Source: Armatimonadota bacterium (lineage in GTDB: Bacteria; Armatimonadota; UBA5829; JAUSEB01). From it: a stretch of DNA of 39,075 nt. The number at the start of each line of letters is the position of its first letter. Within the stretch, counting starts at the first letter, position 1. Position numbers and translations under genes: made by a program. A model generated the notes under the pieces. That model was not told the DNA's origin. It did no database searches and saw only the letters and a list, made by a program, of their open reading frames with translations. This document shows positions 1-9,195 of the stretch, in pieces. The stretch is taken from the NCBI GenBank assembly GCA_030649165.1, contig JAUSGG010000089.1, forward strand, positions 1 to 39,075. The letters are read 5' to 3'.

Positions 1-408
1 ATGTCATTCCAAACGTATACCAAAAGAAGCCCCGGAGGACGTCATTCCGAGGAGGAACGACGAGGAATCTGCTTTTTCCGGAACTTACCACAGCAAAAGC
101 AGATTTCTCGACTCCGCTGGCGCTCCGCTCCTAAGAAAGCGCTCGGATTTGGACTGCGGGAACTTGTTGCCGCTTTGACCGGCTTGGGCAGTCCAGCGAC
201 CGCTGTCCCGGCGATTGAGCCGGTTAGAATGGGTGGCGACAAAGCAGCGATGAATCGCCGCAGTCCACATAGGCCGCTTTCTTTCCGAAATAACCCCGCC
301 TGCGGGGTCGGTTGCTCGAAATGACAATTCCCGGAAGACTGAACTGTTACAGGCGGGTTTGCGAGGTTTATGAGGGTTGTAAGGTTGTCCGGTCACCCAA
401 TGCCTGTC

Positions 409-448
409 CTGTGAGGTGGGTAACATACCTGTGAGGTGGGTAACATAC
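409..448. repeat. Perfect tandem direct repeat, 2 x 20 bp (ctgtgaggtgggtaacatac), with a partial third copy (ctgtc) just upstream
   Basis: Read directly: 409-428 and 429-448 are identical. The repeat lies ~90 bp upstream of the ATG at 537. Confidence 0.8.
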
Positions 449-536
449 TAGTGGTTGCGGATCGTGAAGCAATTCGCGGTCGTTTACCTCAGAACGAAAC
501 GGGTGATCACCACCGACGTTGAGGAGGCAAAGCACA

Positions 537-809
537 ATGAAGCTGCGTAAGTTAGCCCGACATATCTCTGTGATGATATTGTCGGTGTTCGTTGCAGTTG
601 TTCTCCTGCCCGCGGCCAGCTTTGCAAGCGTGTCAGGCAGGAAAAACACGACTATTGCATTAGCGGCGTTGTCGCTCTATTCGCTCTCCAAGGGCCGTAC
701 GACACAGGGACTGCTGCTCGGTGGCGGGACCTACTACGCCTATAAGCGATACGCCAAAGAGCGCGACAAGCAGAAAAGACATAGCCTTCGATACAGGTAT
801 CGGAGGTAG
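537..809 (+). CDS. Small hypothetical secreted/membrane protein (90 aa)
   Basis: ATG at 537 is preceded by GAGGAGG 9 nt upstream. The N-terminal hydrophobic stretch ISVMILSVFVAVVLLPAASFA looks like a signal peptide or TM helix. The C-terminal tail is basic. I recognise no homology. Confidence 0.35.
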   Translation: MKLRKLARHISVMILSVFVAVVLLPAASFASVSGRKNTTIALAALSLYSLSKGRTTQGLLLGGGTYYAYKRYAKERDKQKRHSLRYRYRR

Positions 810-1081
810 GGTGTCTTAGGGGCTTAAGCTCTTAGGGTTCCAAGGACCGAAGATTGAGAAAGGAAGGCGGAGGACAGCATTCTCCGCCTTTCCTGCTGCT
901 GTACGGTCGTAGGTGTTCCTGGGCTCCGTAAGCGTTCCTCAACCCTGTGACCACTATAACCCTATGACCCTAAGAATAAGAGAACCGAAGGTCGAACGCG
1001 CGGGCGTGTCTAAGTATTCCTACGGTCGGTTGCGGCGGACCGAATCGCCGCTTCCGAGATTTCACAAAAGGAGATATCCAC

Positions 1082-3142
1082 ATGTACCCAACAGCGCCCT
1101 TAGTATCGCCCGATCTAATCTGGTATGCGGTGATTGTGATCGCCGCGCTTCTGTTCTTGCCGTCGATCCGGGTGATCGGACCGACTCAGGTCGGCCTGGT
1201 CACAAAGCGGCTAAGCTTCAAGAAACTGTCTAATGACAACCCGATAGCATTTGAAGGGGAGGCCGGATATCAAGGCGACCTACTGATGCCGGGCCTGCGG
1301 TTCAAGTTGTGGCTGCTATACAAGGTCGAGAAGTTCCCGTGGGTGCAAATCCCGGCTGGAGAGATAGGCGTGGTTATCGCTCAGGTCGGTCAGCCGCTGC
1401 CTATCGGCGCGAAATCCGCGATATATAAGTCAGAGTTCGGGAATTTCAGCAATCTGACCCTTTTCATCGCACACGGGGGACAGAAAGGTGTGCAGCGCCC
1501 GGTGCTGCCGCCCGGCTCACTCGTCCCCGTCCATCCCGTTGGTTTCCTGGTTATCACAAGGCGGAAGGTGTACGGATTGCCGGTCACGCCGGAATTGCAG
1601 GACGTGGTATCGGCGGGCAATATTCTGACACCGGAGTCGTACGGTCTTTCGCCGGATCAACTGCAATTGGTCCGCATCGAGCCCGAGCCCGGCTCGCAGA
1701 GCAAGATGGTGGATATGGTCGGTATCGTGACAACTTACGAGGGCGATCCGCTTCCATCCGGAGACATTGCAAGCCGCCTTGACGGATTCTCGGACGTGGA
1801 CAAAATGGACAAAGGAGGCGCTCGCGACGCTGAGATCATCGATGCGCTTCTCGGCAGTAAGAACCATTTGCACAACAATTACCAAGATTTCCAGGCGTTC
1901 TTAGACAACGGTGGCAAGATCGGTCTTCAGCACGACCTGCTGCTGTACGGCGCTTACGCGCTGAATCCGTTCTTCGTGAGCGTGGAGTTGACGCCGATGC
2001 TGGTCGTGGAACAAGGCCAGGTGGCGGTCATCAAGGCATACGTGGGAATGGTGACGCAGGACACGTCCGGACCTGAGTTCAAGTTCGGGAGTCTGGTGAA
2101 ACCGGGGCATCGCGGCATATGGCAGGAGCCGCTGCGCACGGGCAAGTATCCGATCAACCCGAGGTGCTATCAGGCTGAGATAGTGCCGACCGCGATCCTG
2201 ACGCTCAACTGGGCGGAGACTGTGTCCCAAGCGCACAGCTTGGACGCGAGGCTGCAGCAGATTGTGGCCAAGAGCAGAGAGGGCTTCGTGTTCCGATTCG
2301 ACCTGCAGGTCCAGATTCACGTGCCGGATACGAAGGCGCCGAAGGTTATCTCGATGGTCGGGACGATGAGCAATCTGGTCAGCGAAGTGCTGCATGCGGC
2401 GGTGGGAAACCATTTCAGGGACAAACTGCAGAGCATGCCGGCAATCGTGTTCATTGAGACCAGGCAGCAGGTCCAGAACGAGGCGTTTGCCCACATCAGC
2501 CAGCAGATATCCGAGTATCACGTCGAGACAAAGGGCGTTTACATTCAGGATGTCATCCTGCCCGAGGCAATGGTGAAGGTGCTGACGGAACGCGAGATTG
2601 CGAACCAGGAGATTCAGACCTTCCAGAAGCAGAGATCGGCGGAAGAGCAGCGGATCACGATGGAAGAGGCCAAGGGCACGGCGGACATGCAGGCGAAGCT
2701 GGCGCAGTCGAAGGTCAACGTCGATATCGAGACCAACAACGCGAACGCGCAGAAGGCGAAAGCCGAGGGCGAGGCGACTTACATCCGCCAAACAGGAACG
2801 GCGAAAGGCGCGGAGGTCGAAGCGGTAGGGCTTGCGCGGGCGAAATCGTACCAGGCGCAGGTCCAGGCGTTGGGTCAGAGCCAAACGGCGCTGGTCAACG
2901 CGGTGACGGTTCTCGCGGAGCGCGGAGCGAAGTTCATGCCTGAGATACTGGTCGCGGGAGGCAACGGCTCAGGGTCCATGGACGGCTTGGCGGCCACGCT
3001 GATGCGGTACCTGGGCGGAGGCGGCCAGAAAGGTCAGGGACCCGAAGAAGCGATAGTGATGGAGACGGTGAAGCCGCCGGTGGAAACGCAGCTTGCTCCG
3101 CCTCCGCCGGAGCCCGAGCCGGAGCCGCCGAAGGGAGAATAG
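1082..3142 (+). CDS. Flotillin-like SPFH/band-7 domain membrane protein (YqiK-like)
   Basis: AAGGAG lies 9 nt upstream of the ATG. There is an N-terminal TM helix (IWYAVIVIAALLFLP) followed by an SPFH-like core (VIGPTQVGLVTKR...). The C-terminal region is EA-rich coiled-coil (EREIANQEIQTFQKQRSAEEQRI...AKAEGEATYIRQTGTAKGAEVEAVGLARAKSYQAQVQALG), typical of flotillins, with a Pro/Glu tail. Confidence 0.8.
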   Translation: MYPTAPLVSPDLIWYAVIVIAALLFLPSIRVIGPTQVGLVTKRLSFKKLSNDNPIAFEGEAGYQGDLLMPGLRFKLWLLYKVEKFPWVQIPAGEIGVVIAQVGQPLPIGAKSAIYKSEFGNFSNLTLFIAHGGQKGVQRPVLPPGSLVPVHPVGFLVITRRKVYGLPVTPELQDVVSAGNILTPESYGLSPDQLQLVRIEPEPGSQSKMVDMVGIVTTYEGDPLPSGDIASRLDGFSDVDKMDKGGARDAEIIDALLGSKNHLHNNYQDFQAFLDNGGKIGLQHDLLLYGAYALNPFFVSVELTPMLVVEQGQVAVIKAYVGMVTQDTSGPEFKFGSLVKPGHRGIWQEPLRTGKYPINPRCYQAEIVPTAILTLNWAETVSQAHSLDARLQQIVAKSREGFVFRFDLQVQIHVPDTKAPKVISMVGTMSNLVSEVLHAAVGNHFRDKLQSMPAIVFIETRQQVQNEAFAHISQQISEYHVETKGVYIQDVILPEAMVKVLTEREIANQEIQTFQKQRSAEEQRITMEEAKGTADMQAKLAQSKVNVDIETNNANAQKAKAEGEATYIRQTGTAKGAEVEAVGLARAKSYQAQVQALGQSQTALVNAVTVLAERGAKFMPEILVAGGNGSGSMDGLAATLMRYLGGGGQKGQGPEEAIVMETVKPPVETQLAPPPPEPEPEPPKGE

Positions 3143-3224
3143 ACTCGGGGTCTGTAGGTTTGTCAGGGGCTCAGGACTGGTCACTGTTCACCGTTCACCG
3201 TTCACTGGTCACTGACGGTCGTAG

Positions 3225-3262
3225 TTTGGGCTCGCGCGGGAGTGTGCGCGGGCCCTTTTTGG
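3225..3262 (+). terminator. Possible weak intrinsic terminator after the flotillin gene (cgcgc-N8-gcgcg followed by ggcccttttt)
   Basis: Short GC stem followed by a T5 run ~85-120 nt after the stop. The stem is marginal. Confidence 0.2.
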
Positions 3263-3542
3263 TAGTGGCAGCGTCTTATATAAAAGAGTCCAGGAATCCT
3301 GAGTACGGTCCTTTTCGACGCTCACTTTCGGGACAGCACGAGCGCAATCCCCTCTCCCTTGAGGGAGAGGGTTAGAGCCTGCCCTGAGCGAAGCGAATGG
3401 GGTGAGGGTAAAACGCCGCGTATTCCTGAACTGTTACTCTTATACAAGAATAGATTGAAGGGTGCGGGCGGACGAGGGGTCAAAGGAAAATGGACGCTTA
3501 TTCCAGCCGCGTTGCGGCAAATCGAGTTCGAGGTGAACGGAT

Positions 3543-6098
3543 ATGAAAAGTAGACGGTTTAGACTGGTGATGCTCGTTGTTCTGTTGGCGATCTTGTCTC
3601 TCGCGGGGAAGCTGGCGATCGGGAGGAGCGCTCTTGCTGACAACAAGTCTCAGGGCGCCGGACTGCAGCCGCCGTCGGAGATCACGCAGGGGCAATTGCG
3701 GGTTTTGGATAAACAGGGCCAACCGATCGGCCAGTGCCCGCTTAAGCACACGAGCGTGTCGGCCAGCATATCCGGCTTCGTCGCACGGGTGGACGTGACG
3801 CAGGAGTTTGTCAACACCTCCGGCGAGAAAATCGAAGCGGTGTACGTCTTCCCGCTGCCTCAGGACGCGGCGGTCGATAAGATGGAGATGAAGGTCGGCG
3901 AACGCACGATCAGAGGCGAGATCAAAAAGCGCGAGGAAGCGCGGCAAATCTACGAAGCGGCCAAGAAAGCTGGACACGTGGCGAGTCTTCTTGACCAGGA
4001 GCGGCCCAACATCTTCACGCAGTCCGTCGCCAACATCGTGCCGGGCGAGAAGGTCCTGATCAAGATTGGCTACGTGAACCTTCTGAAGTACGAGAACGGG
4101 CAGTACGAGTTCGTGTTCCCGATGGTGGTCGGTCCAAGGTACATCCCGGGAAATCCCACCGGACAGACGGGACAGGGCTGGGCGCCGGACACAGACCGCG
4201 TTCCCGACGCCTCGAAGATAACCCCGCCGGTCACCCCCGAGGGGACGCGCGCCGGACACGATATTTCGGTAGAAGTCGAGATTAACGCAGGGACGCCGCT
4301 TGGTGATGTCAGTTCGGTCCTGCACGAGGTAGACATCCGCCGCACGGCCGAAACGAGCGCGCGCGTGACGCTCAAGGACCAGGCCGGTATTCCGAATAAG
4401 GACTTCATACTGCGCTGCCAGGTCGCCGGCGACGCCGTGCGCACCGGCCTGCTCCCAAGCACGCGGGGCGACAACGACGGCTATTTCGCGCTGGTCCTGG
4501 TTCCGCCGAAAAGCCCAACGCCGGAGCAGATCGCGCCCAAGGAGATGATATTCGTCATCGACACCAGCGGATCGCAAATGGGCTGGCCGATCGAGAAGGC
4601 CAAAGAGACGATGAAGCTGTGCGTCGAGCAGATGAATCCCAACGACACTTTCCAGATGCTCGCGTTCTCCAATGAAGTTGTAAGCCTTTTCGACAGTCCG
4701 AAGCCGAACACCCCGGAGAACCGCGCGGGGGCGCGGGAGTTTCTGTCTTCCCGCCTTGGCGCCGGGGGAACTGAGATGCTGAAGGCGATCCTGGCGGCGT
4801 TGACTCCCCCACCCGACCCGGAGCGACTGCGGATAGTTTGTTTCATGACCGACGGGTATGTGGGGAACGATTTCCAGATCCTGGACTCCGTTAAGAACAA
4901 CGTGGGCGGCGCGCGGATGTTCTCATTCGGGATAGGCAACAGCGTAAACAGGTTCCTCTTGGACGGAATGGCTGACGCCGGACGGGGCGCGGTGGAATAC
5001 GTGACGCTGGAGGAGAAAGGCAGCCCGGTGGCGCAACGTTTCTACGACCGAATCTCGAAGCCGGTGCTCACGGACATATCGATAGACTGGGGAGGACTGC
5101 CGGTGGTCGAGACTTATCCGCGGCGGGTCCCGGACCTGTTCAGCTCGCAGCCGGTGATTGTCAAGGGACGCTATCTTCACGAGGGCGAGGGCACGATCAC
5201 CATTCGCGGCAAGCTCGGCGGCAAGGCGTGGCAGGAGCAGCTAAAGGTCGATCTTCCGGCGAAGGAAGACGACAACCCCGCTATTCCCACGCTTTGGGCG
5301 AGGGAGAAGATTCACGAACTGACGGCGCGCGACTATGCGGGTCTGCAGAGGGGGCAACCAGATGCGGAGGTCAAGGGACAGGTTACCGAAATCGCGCTCG
5401 AATACCAGCTTATGAGCCAGTATACCTCATTCGTCGCCGTTGAGGAGATGGTGGTGACGGAAGGCGGCAAGCCGAAGACCGTGGCGGTCCCGGTCGAGAT
5501 GCCGGAGGGCGTAAGCTACGAGGGTACCTTTGGTGGACGAGGATCGGGCAGCGTCGGGAAGGGCTATGCGTGGTCCGCGGTGACGGCCCGGATATCTAAA
5601 ACAGTGACTGCTTTTTCTGTGGGCGACCGGGCTGCGGCGCTGCCTGCGCCTGCATCCGCCGGCGCCCACTACTACGCCGCGCCGACGGTACCGTTCGCCG
5701 CCAAGCCATCGTCGGACGGCTTTCATGCGATGGACAGCCTGGCGGAAGGCGATCGGCCCCAGCAAGTAATAGCCAAACCGGGCCTGACACCCGCCGAGCG
5801 GAAGAGACAGCTCATCGCGGCGAGGCTGGACCCACTGCTCCAGGGGCTTTCGGCCAAGCTGGACAAGAAGGGCAACTATTCGCGGCGCGGCAAAGTAGAG
5901 GTAAAGGCCGGCAAAGTGCGAATCTCCATCAGAATGAGCGAGATATCCGCCGCCAATCTGGCGAAACTCAAGAAACTGGGATTCGTGCGATTGGCGTCGA
6001 GCAAGGCTGGGGCGACGGTGATCGGAACCGCCCATGTGAGCAAGCTGGAGATGCTGGCGCAGTTGGGATTTGTGCGGAGGATTGCGCCGGTGATGTAA
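3543..6098 (+). CDS. VIT (vault inter-alpha-trypsin) + von Willebrand factor type A domain protein, secreted/membrane-anchored
   Basis: GAGGTG RBS. There is an N-terminal signal/TM (FRLVMLVVLLAILSLAG). The VIT-like block is SASISGFVARVDVTQEFVN...AVYVFPLPQDAAVDKMEMKVGERTIRGEIKKREEARQIYEAAKK. The vWA MIDAS-type block is EMIFVIDTSGSQMG...FQMLAFSNEV.... Confidence 0.85.
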   Translation: MKSRRFRLVMLVVLLAILSLAGKLAIGRSALADNKSQGAGLQPPSEITQGQLRVLDKQGQPIGQCPLKHTSVSASISGFVARVDVTQEFVNTSGEKIEAVYVFPLPQDAAVDKMEMKVGERTIRGEIKKREEARQIYEAAKKAGHVASLLDQERPNIFTQSVANIVPGEKVLIKIGYVNLLKYENGQYEFVFPMVVGPRYIPGNPTGQTGQGWAPDTDRVPDASKITPPVTPEGTRAGHDISVEVEINAGTPLGDVSSVLHEVDIRRTAETSARVTLKDQAGIPNKDFILRCQVAGDAVRTGLLPSTRGDNDGYFALVLVPPKSPTPEQIAPKEMIFVIDTSGSQMGWPIEKAKETMKLCVEQMNPNDTFQMLAFSNEVVSLFDSPKPNTPENRAGAREFLSSRLGAGGTEMLKAILAALTPPPDPERLRIVCFMTDGYVGNDFQILDSVKNNVGGARMFSFGIGNSVNRFLLDGMADAGRGAVEYVTLEEKGSPVAQRFYDRISKPVLTDISIDWGGLPVVETYPRRVPDLFSSQPVIVKGRYLHEGEGTITIRGKLGGKAWQEQLKVDLPAKEDDNPAIPTLWAREKIHELTARDYAGLQRGQPDAEVKGQVTEIALEYQLMSQYTSFVAVEEMVVTEGGKPKTVAVPVEMPEGVSYEGTFGGRGSGSVGKGYAWSAVTARISKTVTAFSVGDRAAALPAPASAGAHYYAAPTVPFAAKPSSDGFHAMDSLAEGDRPQQVIAKPGLTPAERKRQLIAARLDPLLQGLSAKLDKKGNYSRRGKVEVKAGKVRISIRMSEISAANLAKLKKLGFVRLASSKAGATVIGTAHVSKLEMLAQLGFVRRIAPVM

Positions 6099-6156
6099 CT
6101 ACGTTTCGTGAATCTCCCAATGCCTCGGCAATATCAGACAATAGACAGAGTTCGCC

Positions 6157-9100
6157 CTATAGCTCCGTATTGAGATGCTCCCACGGCGGCAGGCCATCGG
6201 GGCGCGTAGGCAAGGGGAACGGCTCGTATCGGAATACATTGCCCGTTATCGCGACCGCGGGGTTACCCTCGGCGTTGTCTTTCGTTCCGGGAACCAGCAG
6301 AAAGCTGGCCGGCCCTTGCGGCGTTGGCTTCTCCCCGAACGTCTCTTTCCTGAGCCGCTCTTCCTCAGCCGTCTTTTCCTCCACGAATACATTCGTCACG
6401 AGGTTCTCCTGTAACATCTCGTTGAATATCAGATTCCCAGTCACAGCGCAGCGCTCCGCCAACAGAATGCAGACCGTTGGCAGGGCGGACTTGCTGCGAA
6501 TCTTATTCGCGTTTACGATCACCGAACTCGCGGTAAAGGCGTCGGTATCCCATACGACCAATCCGGGAAAGGTCGCGCGGTCGCCGGTCGCGGCGCAGAT
6601 CACCTCATTATTCGAGAAATCGAGCGAGAGCGCGGAGTGAACGCCGGTCTTAACTATCGCTTGCAGTTCGATGTCCCCGATTTGATCGTCGATGGCCTGG
6701 ATACTCACTAAAGGCTCCACGTGCGGAATCGGTTTGCGCAGTTCAACGAGGTTCGCCACATCCCCGGTGGGTGGCTCCGTCGCTAGACGTTCAGACCGAA
6801 CGTTAAAGGTCAAGCCGTTGTTGATTACAGCCCGCACAAACGCCCCCCGTTTCAACACTTTTTCATCTGTTTCGGAGATTCGATTCGGAGCGGGAGGCCT
6901 TGCCGTCTTTACCAGCGCCGATCGTCTGAGATCATAATCGTCCGGCAACGGATAGCCTCTTGCCAGCAGGGCGGTGAATTGCAGGACAGGATCGCGCGCC
7001 ACGCCCGACATTACCTCATAGAGACGTGCCGCCGGCTCCGCAACGGTCCTTGGCGCCATGATTTCGGTAGCAGACTTGACGGAAGGCAAAGAGGCCAGAT
7101 CGAACAGACAGAATCCTCCGTAACAGTCTCTCACGGTGTTCGACTCGATCTTTATGGCGCCTGCTGTCGAGAAGATCAGAGCCGCGGCCGCGATCCTCTC
7201 GAAGCAATTGTCCCGGAACAGAGCGTTGTCCAGCTTCGAAAGGACCACACGACCTCCCGCCTCGCCGGCCGCCATTTGGCTGTTCGGTGTCATACCATAC
7301 CCCATCAAGAACCGAGAAGCAGTACGGACATCCTCAGTTGAGAGAAAGCGGTTTCTCTGCACGGTCAGATGATCGCACTCTCCGCTCGCAAGCACGCCGG
7401 CTCCCCAAACCATGCGCTTCTCGCCGGCCGGATAGGCAAACCGGCAGTCCTCGATAGTCAGGTTCGTGCAGTCGAACAGGCGAATCCCTATGCAGACAAG
7501 AAGGTCCTTCAGAACGGCGGCGGCGTTCCCTTCCAAATCCCCGCGCTCTCGGTTTGCCAGCTTGTCCGGCATTTCAACCAGTGGGGGCGCGAATTCGATT
7601 CCGCGCAGCGTTATTCGATCCGCTCCGTCGATGAGGATGAGTCCCTGCTGGAACTTCTCGAGCGCCTTCTCGTCAGCTCTGAGGACCACCCCCTCTCGGC
7701 AGGCTTTCAGAACCAGGTTGGGGTTCTTGCGACCGAGTTTCAACGTCTGGGGCAGGATATACGTTCCAGGCATGAAGCACACCGTCGCGTCTTTGAGTCT
7801 GCTGAGAAGCTTTTGCAGCCTGCCGGCGTCTTTCGGTGTCACAACGTGTGTGCAACAGCCGATCTGTTTCCTTTGGGTAAGCTCGACAAGATTGTCGAAC
7901 TGCTTCCGGCAGTCCGCGAGACGCGAACCGGTGTCGTCCTGCTTCCACTCGATGACCGCCAATGGACACACCCACCGGCGTGGTCCGTCGGGCGGCTGGG
8001 CCTCCTTGAGGTAACGCCCCGGATAGGCCTGTGTGGGCGTCGCGGGACGCAAAGCAACAGTCCAGTAATCGCCGACGTGACAAGTCCCCTCTACGCTCAC
8101 CAACAAGCCAGTGTCTCCGACCTTCTGCTTCTGGGCGGGCAAATCCAATATACCGTTCCAGACACGCAGGAAGACAGAAGGATCGCTGGGACCGCCAGTG
8201 GCCAGCGAGAACTGAATGGGAGTCTGCAATACGACAGTCTGTTTGTCCCTGTCGTAACCCTCGGCCAGTGTGGTGACATGGCCGGTCTCGGCGGCGATAT
8301 ACTGTCCGTTGCTCAACATCACGTCGGATGGGAGAACTTCGACCACCTGAACCGCGCCGGGTTCGTGCGCGGCGTCGACCGGAACAGAATGCAATCTGAG
8401 TGTCTTCTTGTCATTCTGAACATCCACGCGGTAGATGAAAGAAGCGTTGTCGTAACCCCAGAGAAGCTTGTCAGGGGCGGCGACCTGAAAGCGGATCATC
8501 CTGTTTTCCGCATCAAGAAATCCGTAGTGGGCGTCGGGCTGGCATTTGTCCGTGGACGTCTCCGTCTTCTCGAACTCAATGCTCAGTTTCGCCGACGGCG
8601 CCAACCGGCATGTCTTGTCATCGTACTCGAGGCCGGCCTTCCCCCACCAGGCTTTCACCTCCGCAAGAGCGTCACCGCAGGTGTCCGCTTTCGTTGGATA
8701 CCGTACAATGCGCTGAATTATGCGGAGACGGGCCGCGGTATCCGGCCCGCCGAGCGCCACGTCCCTCAGGGCTTCGTCCTCGACTGCGCTGACCTCCTGT
8801 TCCCGCAGTTCCAAGCAGATCAACTCGCGTCCCGTTTGCAGGGCCGGGTCCGGCGTCAGCCAATCGGGCTGCGCGCTGTAAGTGCAAGGCTTCGCCAGCG
8901 ATACGCGCACTCCTCCCACGTACATCGTGCCGGGACCAATCGTCAGATCGCGCGAACCATCGTCCACGGTACCGATGAGATAGCCGTTGTCAGGAGTTCC
9001 GACTGGCCCGACGAAATCGAGCGCGTCATCAGATATCTCCTGGCTTAGAATATCCTGGACTTCGTTTGCGTCGGCGGCGACGGTAACCCTGCCTTGCTGT

Positions 9101-9162
9101 AGAACGACGCCCCGGTATTGCTGGTTCGGGTCGTAGGAAATTCGCTCCCTATCGCTTCCCAT
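6157..9162 (-). CDS. eCIS tail-fibre / receptor-binding protein candidate (1001 aa) with a right-handed beta-helix region
   Basis: It is the last gene of the minus-strand operon, with GAGGAGGG 6 nt upstream of the ATG. The mid/C-terminal region has parallel beta-helix-like repeats (NLTIEDCRFAY...LTVQRNRFLS...ALFRDNCFERIAAAALIFSTAGAIKIESNTVRDCYGG). Its position after the gpI-like gene mirrors P2 gpH. Confidence 0.5.
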   Translation of the reverse strand: MGSDRERISYDPNQQYRGVVLQQGRVTVAADANEVQDILSQEISDDALDFVGPVGTPDNGYLIGTVDDGSRDLTIGPGTMYVGGVRVSLAKPCTYSAQPDWLTPDPALQTGRELICLELREQEVSAVEDEALRDVALGGPDTAARLRIIQRIVRYPTKADTCGDALAEVKAWWGKAGLEYDDKTCRLAPSAKLSIEFEKTETSTDKCQPDAHYGFLDAENRMIRFQVAAPDKLLWGYDNASFIYRVDVQNDKKTLRLHSVPVDAAHEPGAVQVVEVLPSDVMLSNGQYIAAETGHVTTLAEGYDRDKQTVVLQTPIQFSLATGGPSDPSVFLRVWNGILDLPAQKQKVGDTGLLVSVEGTCHVGDYWTVALRPATPTQAYPGRYLKEAQPPDGPRRWVCPLAVIEWKQDDTGSRLADCRKQFDNLVELTQRKQIGCCTHVVTPKDAGRLQKLLSRLKDATVCFMPGTYILPQTLKLGRKNPNLVLKACREGVVLRADEKALEKFQQGLILIDGADRITLRGIEFAPPLVEMPDKLANRERGDLEGNAAAVLKDLLVCIGIRLFDCTNLTIEDCRFAYPAGEKRMVWGAGVLASGECDHLTVQRNRFLSTEDVRTASRFLMGYGMTPNSQMAAGEAGGRVVLSKLDNALFRDNCFERIAAAALIFSTAGAIKIESNTVRDCYGGFCLFDLASLPSVKSATEIMAPRTVAEPAARLYEVMSGVARDPVLQFTALLARGYPLPDDYDLRRSALVKTARPPAPNRISETDEKVLKRGAFVRAVINNGLTFNVRSERLATEPPTGDVANLVELRKPIPHVEPLVSIQAIDDQIGDIELQAIVKTGVHSALSLDFSNNEVICAATGDRATFPGLVVWDTDAFTASSVIVNANKIRSKSALPTVCILLAERCAVTGNLIFNEMLQENLVTNVFVEEKTAEEERLRKETFGEKPTPQGPASFLLVPGTKDNAEGNPAVAITGNVFRYEPFPLPTRPDGLPPWEHLNTEL

Positions 9163-9195
9163 TAAGCCCTCCTCTTCGAGCTGTGTATAAGATCA

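Noticed and set aside
1-324. Plus-strand ORF at the left edge (107 aa)
   Set aside because: Arg-rich with no recognisable domain and no RBS context. Overlapping ORFs are present in other frames. The region looks non-coding (leader or regulatory), not a confident CDS.
1901-4577. Minus-strand ORFs 1901-2884 and 3498-4577 opposite the flotillin and VIT-vWA genes
   Set aside because: Same antisense GC-artefact pattern. The plus-strand genes have clear domains and RBSs.
7369-9048. Long plus-strand ORFs inside the operon (7369-9048, 12626-13876, 13999-15168, 21074-22285, 23956-24870, 35360-36829 and similar)
   Set aside because: They are antisense to well-supported minus-strand genes with family-level signatures. 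They are Arg/Ala/Pro-rich, as expected for spurious ORFs in GC-rich DNA. They have no RBS and no recognisable motifs.
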